A stretch of 64,000 bases of DNA, taken from Sulfurospirillum sp. GTDB lineage: Bacteria; Campylobacterota; Campylobacteria; Campylobacterales; Sulfurospirillaceae. The position numbers were made by a program, and so were the translations under genes. The notes beneath the pieces were generated by a model. The model was not told the origin of the DNA. It saw only the letters and a program-made list of their open reading frames with translations, and made no database searches. This document shows positions 58,721 to 64,000 of the stretch, in pieces (the first letter of the stretch is position 1; every line of letters begins with the position of its first letter). The stretch covers positions 64,001 through 128,000 of the forward strand of contig JASFYR010000010.1 of the NCBI GenBank assembly GCA_045047115.1, given 5' to 3'.

Positions 58721-58909
58721 TTAAAAATATTTCAAAAACAGTCCACCAATCAAAGATATAGATATGGTGATTATGATAGTAAACAAATTATAGTAAAAAC
58801 TACTTAATTTACTCTTTTTATCGAAAAATTCAACGATCCTGATAGCAGGATATATCGAAAAAAAGAGCAATACAACAGAAAAAACCAATATAAAAATAAT
58901 ATCTTTCAT
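58721..58909 (-). CDS. Small two-TM hypothetical protein
   Basis: MKDIIFILVFS... with two hydrophobic helices; co-oriented 12 bp upstream of sirC-like gene; second Met chosen as start. Confidence 0.6.
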   Translation of the reverse strand: MKDIIFILVFSVVLLFFSIYPAIRIVEFFDKKSKLSSFYYNLFTIIITISISLIGGLFLKYF

Positions 58910-59018
58910 ATGCAAACCGCCAAATTTGTAAATTTTCATATGTATATTACAACAATATGATTTAATTTATCATAAGCAACCTCAACATTACAGTATTGAC
59001 GAAAAATATCTTTAAACA

Positions 59019-59032
59019 TTGATTTAAATCAA
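59019..59032. promoter_or_regulatory. Crp/Fnr (Nss-type) box upstream of nor operon
   Basis: TTGAT-TTAA-ATCAA inside the longer palindrome AAACATTGATTTAAATCAATGTTT; centre 29.5 bp before TATAAT (59055). Confidence 0.88.
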
Positions 59033-59113
59033 TGTTTTTATATCATTTCTATATTATAATATAATCAAATAATAATAGATATATTTAAGTTATATTTAAA
59101 ATAAGGAATACTT

Positions 59114-59440
59114 ATGATTGAACCGTTGTATGTTAGACCGGTTATTGCACTAAATGATTTTTTACCTATATTTGTCTCTGCTGGTCTTATTTTACTGTTT
59201 GGTTCATTTTATGCTGGTGTCACTACGCTTGTAAAAATGCAAAAACTAAAAAAAACATATATGTTTTTGGCATATATGTTTTGGGTTTTTCAACTTTACT
59301 GCACCTACTTTTTAACCACAAAAATACATAGCCAACCATTTACTGTAAAAGCTATGATTATAGCTATGATAGCCTACCTAATGGTACCGCATATCTATTA
59401 TTATCTAATAAAAAAATCTGAAGAGAGATACGAAAACTAA
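59114..59440 (+). CDS. Three-TM protein leading the nor operon
   Basis: AAGGA RBS, three hydrophobic helices, 12 bp before norC. Confidence 0.75.
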   Translation: MIEPLYVRPVIALNDFLPIFVSAGLILLFGSFYAGVTTLVKMQKLKKTYMFLAYMFWVFQLYCTYFLTTKIHSQPFTVKAMIIAMIAYLMVPHIYYYLIKKSEERYEN

Positions 59441-59452
59441 AAAGGAGGAAAG

Positions 59453-60154
59453 ATGTCTGGAAAAAAAGTATCCGTTTGGTCGGATAACCGTTTTTGGCAA
59501 AGATCTGCTACATGGGTAACAGGTTTTGCTGCACTTTTGCTAATATGGCTAACATTTGACACTATGGGACAAATATCCATGGGGAATCAAAATGATATAA
59601 ATAAGCATATCACAAAAAGAGTTCCGTCACCTACTGTAATCAATTATAAGGTTGAATACAACATGAATCAAAGAAGAGGTCATGAGGTACCGGTTATCGG
59701 TGGGGATGATGGAAAAGGAAACTCTTTGTTTAAAGTAAAAGAGATGTTCTTCGGCAGAGATGATTACTCTCAAAAAGAGGCTAACGCACTTTTGCATCTT
59801 GGTAAACTTGCTTCACAGGCCAAAAACTGTATGGATTGTCATACACTTCTTGGAAATGGGGCATATTATGCACCTGACCTTACCAAAGCATGGCTAGATC
59901 CAGCCTGGGGAAAAAATGGACCTATGCAATCAATGACAGGCAAAAGTACAAAAGAAGAAGCAATGGCAGAGTTTTTACAACATCCAGGTAAATACCCAAC
60001 ACATGCAAGAATGATGCCAAATCTTGGAATAACACCAAAAGAAGCTATAGGACTTGTAGCATTTTTAAAACATATGTCAACGATAGACACAAATGGTTTT
60101 CCAAGAGGTTTTGGAAAGATTAAGGAAGGAGTAGTTTATGCAAGGTCAAAGTAA
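59453..60154 (+). CDS. norC: Nitric oxide reductase cytochrome c subunit
   Basis: N-terminal TM, KNCMDCHTLLGNGAYYAPDLTK, RMMPNL. Confidence 0.93.
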   Translation: MSGKKVSVWSDNRFWQRSATWVTGFAALLLIWLTFDTMGQISMGNQNDINKHITKRVPSPTVINYKVEYNMNQRRGHEVPVIGGDDGKGNSLFKVKEMFFGRDDYSQKEANALLHLGKLASQAKNCMDCHTLLGNGAYYAPDLTKAWLDPAWGKNGPMQSMTGKSTKEEAMAEFLQHPGKYPTHARMMPNLGITPKEAIGLVAFLKHMSTIDTNGFPRGFGKIKEGVVYARSK

Positions 60155-61562
60155 TTTCAAATACGAATCTCAAAAACTAGGAAGTTGGTATTTTACAGTT
60201 GCTGTTATACTTTTTGGTGCTCAACTTGTTTTTGGCTTAGTATCTGCTATCCAATTTATCTATCCATCATTTTTATATGATATCCTTGACTTTTCAATCA
60301 CTAGAATAGTGCATATAAATGCACTTGTTGTTTGGATGTTATATGCTATAATTGGTTCAGTTTACTATCTTTTGCCCGACGAAACAGGCATAGAGACAGT
60401 TGGTATCGGCATAGGAAAACTACTGTTTTGGGTACTCACTTTAGCCGTTACTGTTGTAGTTTTAGTCTATATCTTTATACAGGTAGGACCTGCAAATCAA
60501 ACAACAATTTGGCTAATCACTGAGGGTAGAGAGTATATAGAGGCTCCAAGATGGGCTGATATAGGTATAGTTGTAGTAGTTGTGGGCTTTTTGGTAAACA
60601 CTTTCTTGACTTCCATTAAAGGTAGGAGAACAGGAATCATGACTGTAATCCTCTCAGACATGATAGCCCTTGCGGGTCTATATCTGGCAGGTATGTACTT
60701 TACTGACAATATCTCAATGGATCAATACTGGTGGTGGTGGGTTATACACCTTTGGGTTGAAGCTACTTGGGAAGTTATGGTTGGTGCACTTGCTGCATAT
60801 GCTCTTATAAAAGTAGTTGATGCAAAACGAGAGATAGTTGAGATGTGGCTTTGGATAGAGGTTGCCATGCTCTTTGGATCAGGAATACTGGGCTTAGGTC
60901 ACCACTACTTCTGGATAGGAACACCTGAGTATTGGTGGGAAATCGGTGCTTTATTTAGTGCACTAGAGCCATTGCCACTTATTGGTATGTTTGTACATGT
61001 ATTGTATGACTGGGGTAAAGAGAAAGGCAAAAAAGAGCATACGGGAGTTGATACATCATCGAACAATACTCCGGCTCTTATATGGTTGGTTTCAAATGGA
61101 TTCGGAAACTTCTTGGGTGCCGGTATCTGGGGATTTTTTCATACATTGCCTCAGGTAAATATCTATACTCACGGAACCCAGTTTACAGCAGCTCACGGAC
61201 ACCTTGCATTTTTCGGTGCGTATGCTACTATACTGATAGCGATGTTCTACATGGCGATTCAGGGCAAATACGGCATCAAAAAGCTAAGAGCAACATTTGA
61301 CTCAAAGATGGCAATATTTCTCATATCATTTGGCGTGATTGGGATGACAATCGCTCTGACAATCGCCGGATACGAGCAGGTTCTTATAGAAAGAGCTCAA
61401 CTAGGCGCTACCTGGAATGCATTTTTCCTAGCTCAAAACCAAACATGGATGGCGCAAGCTATGGATTGGCGACTCATCATGGGTGTAGTAACAACAGTCG
61501 GATTTTTCTATCTAGTAAAAGATTTATTAACTATCAGTAAAAATCCCAACAATGTAAGATAA
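60138..61562 (+). CDS. norB: Nitric oxide reductase large subunit (cNOR)
   Basis: RIVHIN, EGREYIE, WWVIHLWVEATWE, GLGHHYFWIG, SALEP, FFHTLPQVN..THGT..TAAHGHLAFFGAY. Confidence 0.95.
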   Translation: MQGQSNFKYESQKLGSWYFTVAVILFGAQLVFGLVSAIQFIYPSFLYDILDFSITRIVHINALVVWMLYAIIGSVYYLLPDETGIETVGIGIGKLLFWVLTLAVTVVVLVYIFIQVGPANQTTIWLITEGREYIEAPRWADIGIVVVVVGFLVNTFLTSIKGRRTGIMTVILSDMIALAGLYLAGMYFTDNISMDQYWWWWVIHLWVEATWEVMVGALAAYALIKVVDAKREIVEMWLWIEVAMLFGSGILGLGHHYFWIGTPEYWWEIGALFSALEPLPLIGMFVHVLYDWGKEKGKKEHTGVDTSSNNTPALIWLVSNGFGNFLGAGIWGFFHTLPQVNIYTHGTQFTAAHGHLAFFGAYATILIAMFYMAIQGKYGIKKLRATFDSKMAIFLISFGVIGMTIALTIAGYEQVLIERAQLGATWNAFFLAQNQTWMAQAMDWRLIMGVVTTVGFFYLVKDLLTISKNPNNVR

Positions 61563-61572
61563 AGGAGTAGAT

Positions 61573-61725
61573 ATGTTTGAAACATTTACAGATGTAAATC
61601 ATAGTTTTTTCGGATTTTTAAATCAAGGTCCGTTAACTCTGACTATTTTTCTTCATACATTGATTGTACTTCCAATGTTTTGGATATACTTTCAGGAGAA
61701 AAAGAGATTAGAGAGAGAAGACTAG
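61573..61725 (+). CDS. 50-aa single-TM protein after norB
   Basis: Below ORF-track cutoff. AAGGAG RBS; MFETFTDVNHSFFGFLNQGPLTLTIFLHTLIVLPMFWIYFQEKKRLERED*; ends just before the terminator. Confidence 0.72.
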   Translation: MFETFTDVNHSFFGFLNQGPLTLTIFLHTLIVLPMFWIYFQEKKRLERED

Positions 61726-61730
61726 AGAGA

Positions 61731-61766
61731 TTTTATGGGTGTTGGTTTACATCAACACCCATAAAA
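61731..61766. terminator. Bidirectional terminator
   Basis: TTTTATGGGTGTTG-N8-CAACACCCATAAAA between convergent genes. Confidence 0.75.
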
Positions 61767-61769
61767 AAT

Positions 61770-62141
61770 TTAAATTCCAAAGAATTTGCGTACAAAATCA
61801 ACCTGTTTTTTATTTTTCAACTTAAAAGACTTTACAATTTTTTTGTTTTTATCCCGAATAGACAATACGAAACCATCAATACTCAAATATGTTTTTCCCC
61901 ACTGCTTCTCAAGCTTGTCCAATCTCTTATAAACCATATCATTAGGAGGCTTCTCTTTTGTTCCTGTTCTTGTATCTACTATAGTTAATCCACCAAGTCT
62001 TTTTTCCAACCTATATGGCATATATGGTGCAATCAAATTCATAACTTCTCTATTTTTTGTCTCCGGCATAGCATTATTAAAAGCTACAAAACTCAAAAAA
62101 ACAAATACAAAAATCAAACCTATAAAAGTAACTCTGCTCAT
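61770..62141 (-). CDS. Membrane-anchored hypothetical protein
   Basis: AAGGA RBS, N-terminal TM, PYRLEKRLGGL..KEKP..LEKQWG. Confidence 0.72.
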   Translation of the reverse strand: MSRVTFIGLIFVFVFLSFVAFNNAMPETKNREVMNLIAPYMPYRLEKRLGGLTIVDTRTGTKEKPPNDMVYKRLDKLEKQWGKTYLSIDGFVLSIRDKNKKIVKSFKLKNKKQVDFVRKFFGI

Positions 62142-62205
62142 GAAATTCCTTTATATAAACATAAATACCAATTTTAATTATAACATAAATTTTATTTATA
62201 AAACT

Positions 62206-62219
62206 TTGATACTTGTCAA
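62206..62219. promoter_or_regulatory. Crp/Fnr (Nss-type) box between divergent genes
   Basis: TTGAT-ACTT-GTCAA; centre 29.5 bp from TAGAAT (62242, plus) and 30.5 bp from TG-t-TATAAT (62182, minus). Confidence 0.8.
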
Positions 62220-62282
62220 TGAAATTTTAGTAAAAATAGTGTAGAATAAATTAATGACTTTAAAAACAGTGGAGGTGATATT

Positions 62283-62654
62283 ATGATGAATTTTTTTGAA
62301 TTAGAGATGGGATATATAGTTATAGCTATCTTTTTTCTTGTTGTTACTGTGATTGTCACAACAAGAAGTTTTATGCCACGCATTGCTTTTAAGCGAGGTA
62401 TGACAATAGTGAGTATCATACTTATAGCATTTGTCATGCTTCACTATTACATCACCACAAAAAGGATGCATATGATATCAAATGAATTTAATAGCGGAAA
62501 AACAATTCTCTGCGAAAACAGAGGGACGCTAAAGGGGAATCAATCCGTAATCATCAGTAAAAAGGCTAGCTGGACTTTGAAAGATGGAATTTTTACAAAT
62601 CCTGATTTTTACAGAGGTTTCCATAGCGCAAGATGCGCTGTGTCTTTGAGGTAG
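62283..62654 (+). CDS. Two-TM hypothetical protein with paired Cys
   Basis: GGAGG RBS, two TMs, ILCENR...HSARC. Confidence 0.72.
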   Translation: MMNFFELEMGYIVIAIFFLVVTVIVTTRSFMPRIAFKRGMTIVSIILIAFVMLHYYITTKRMHMISNEFNSGKTILCENRGTLKGNQSVIISKKASWTLKDGIFTNPDFYRGFHSARCAVSLR

Positions 62655-62658
62655 CAAT

Positions 62659-63660
62659 ATGACTAAAGAGATACTTTCGATAATACAAAAAAACTTTCCT
62701 TTGACATCCAGACCCTTCAAAGAAATAGGAAAAAACCTAAATATAAGCGAAAATGAAGTATTAAAAATTCTACAAGAACAAAAAGAAGCAGGAATTATTC
62801 GTCAAACTTCTGGCATATTTGACACAAAAAGACTAGGATACAACTCTTCTCTTGTTGCCTTCAAAATCTCAAAAGAAAAGATTGATAAAGCTGTTGAGAT
62901 TCTAAACTCACATCCGGGCATATCTCACAATTACGAAAGAAACCATGACTTTAATATCTGGTTTACTATAGCAGTAGAGCCGGACAGTTCACTTGGTCTT
63001 AAAGGAACAGTTGAGCTTTTGGCAACTTTATGTAAAGCCCAAGACTTCATCATTTTGCCAACACTGAAGCTTTTTAAAATATCGGTTAAACTGAATATTA
63101 CAGGTAAAGACAAACAAAAAGAGAGAGTCAAAAAAGTCAAACATAAAGAGATGAAATTAACACCTCTTCATTATAAAATCATTAAAGCTCTACAATACGA
63201 CATCAAGATTATCTCTGAGCCGTTTAAAGAGATAACAGACAAACTAGATATCAGCTATGAACAACTTTTTGGGACTCTTAAAGAGTTAAAAGATACAGGA
63301 TTCATGAGAAGGTTTGCCTCAATTTTAAACCATAGAAAAGCCGGATTCAATGCAAATGCAATGGTAGTTTGGGATGTAGATGAGAGAGACAGTGAAAAGA
63401 TTGGAGATATTGCAGCTTCATTTAGCGCTGTGAGCCACTGTTACCTGCGTCCAAAATACCCTAATTGGCCGTATAATCTCTTTACAATGATTCATGGAAA
63501 AACAAAAGAAGAGACAAGTAAAACCATCAATGACATTTCCAAAGAAATCAACTCTAAATCGCACATACCTCTATACTCTACAAGAGAATTTAAAAAAGTC
63601 AGAATTGAATATTTTACTGATGCTTTCAAAATCTGGGAAAAACAATACATAAAAAATTGA
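62659..63660 (+). CDS. Siroheme decarboxylase, fused NirDL/AhbAB-type (two Lrp/AsnC-like repeats)
   Basis: FPLTSRPF..G.IR..SHNYER..FNIWFT and second repeat EPF..RRF...HRKAGF.ANAMVVW..VSHCY.RP...WPYNLFTMIHG. Confidence 0.88.
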   Translation: MTKEILSIIQKNFPLTSRPFKEIGKNLNISENEVLKILQEQKEAGIIRQTSGIFDTKRLGYNSSLVAFKISKEKIDKAVEILNSHPGISHNYERNHDFNIWFTIAVEPDSSLGLKGTVELLATLCKAQDFIILPTLKLFKISVKLNITGKDKQKERVKKVKHKEMKLTPLHYKIIKALQYDIKIISEPFKEITDKLDISYEQLFGTLKELKDTGFMRRFASILNHRKAGFNANAMVVWDVDERDSEKIGDIAASFSAVSHCYLRPKYPNWPYNLFTMIHGKTKEETSKTINDISKEINSKSHIPLYSTREFKKVRIEYFTDAFKIWEKQYIKN

Positions 63661-63670
63661 CATAAGTCAA
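63657..63670. promoter_or_regulatory. Crp/Fnr (Nss-type) box overlapping the upstream stop codon
   Basis: TTGAC-ATAA-GTCAA, the exact reverse complement of the nirS box; centre 29.5 bp before TATAAT (63693). Confidence 0.85.
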
Positions 63671-63726
63671 CAATTTTATAAAATTCTTAAGATATAATAC
63701 TTATAAATTTTATAAGGAGGACAAAT

Positions 63727-64000
63727 ATGACATTTGCGAGTTCGATAGAGTTGCTTAGGTTTCATAATGTTGCTTACACTATCTATGCATTTTTGATTAT
63801 ATCAATTATAGCATGGTTCGGGTACAACCTTACGAAAGCAAAGAAAGCTAATTCATTGGTTAGAATTCCATTTTATGCATATATTGCGTTTTTGGTTATA
63901 GGCGGTGTGGGGCATCACATCTTTACATACAATACGATACCTTGGGTATCAGAGGATATAAGTAGGGATCACATAAAAGCTGATCAAACTTTTAATTTTG
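63727..64000 (+). CDS. Probable heme-copper oxidase family subunit II, N-terminus (runs off window)
   Basis: Not in track. AAGGAGG RBS; MTFASSIELLRFHNVAYTIYAFLIISIIAWFGYNLT...FYAYIAFLVIGGVGHHIFTYNTIPWVSEDI..., two TMs then a soluble domain. Cupredoxin motifs would lie outside the window. Confidence 0.55.
   Translation, partial: MTFASSIELLRFHNVAYTIYAFLIISIIAWFGYNLTKAKKANSLVRIPFYAYIAFLVIGGVGHHIFTYNTIPWVSEDISRDHIKADQTFNF

Noticed and set aside
61680..61988. 102-aa plus-strand ORF after norB
   Set aside because: Crosses the bidirectional terminator and overlaps both the better-supported 50-aa ORF and the minus-strand gene.

Overview
Low-GC chromosomal window from a Campylobacterota (epsilonproteobacterial) denitrifier. 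The taxon is inferred from the HQWRQP-type kinase, TGnTAwaaT promoters and the clade II cNosZ/epsilon-type NirS; genus cannot be fixed from sequence alone. Left to right: a partial CheX-domain gene and a MoxR/DUF58/BatABCD operon (1-7.4 kb). Then a tightly coupled 7-gene minus-strand operon (7.5-18.8 kb): TonB receptor, Cys-motif DsbD_2/TauE membrane protein, two membrane polyferredoxins, a double-cubane-cluster-type reductase, its ATP-dependent activase and an RND transporter. It is divergent from an orphan OmpR regulator, an OprC/NosA-like copper TonB receptor and exbBD-tonB (19-23.2 kb). Next come three Hsp20 genes with a Crp/Fnr regulator, two head-to-head NosL-family genes, a heme-c/PilZ chemoreceptor and a two-component pair. 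A complete clade II nos cluster (nosZ-B-D-G-C1-C2-H-F-L-Y) is extended by a NosL/ABC/Cys-rich membrane module. After a REP-like repeat cluster lie PAS and NssR-like genes, a cytochrome P460-family gene and a four-gene putative nitrosative-stress operon. The right end holds nirS with heme d1 genes, norCB with two small flanking membrane ORFs, and the start of a probable alternative heme-copper NO reductase subunit II. Six Crp/Fnr (Nss-type) boxes sit at identical spacing from -10 elements. A separate TTAACA-N5-TTAACA motif links the double-cubane operon, the copper receptor and the NosL pair. The most novel candidate system is the TonB receptor/polyferredoxin/double-cubane reductase/RND operon. 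No rRNA, tRNA, CRISPR array or transposase was recognised. All family assignments are from motif reading, not database searches.
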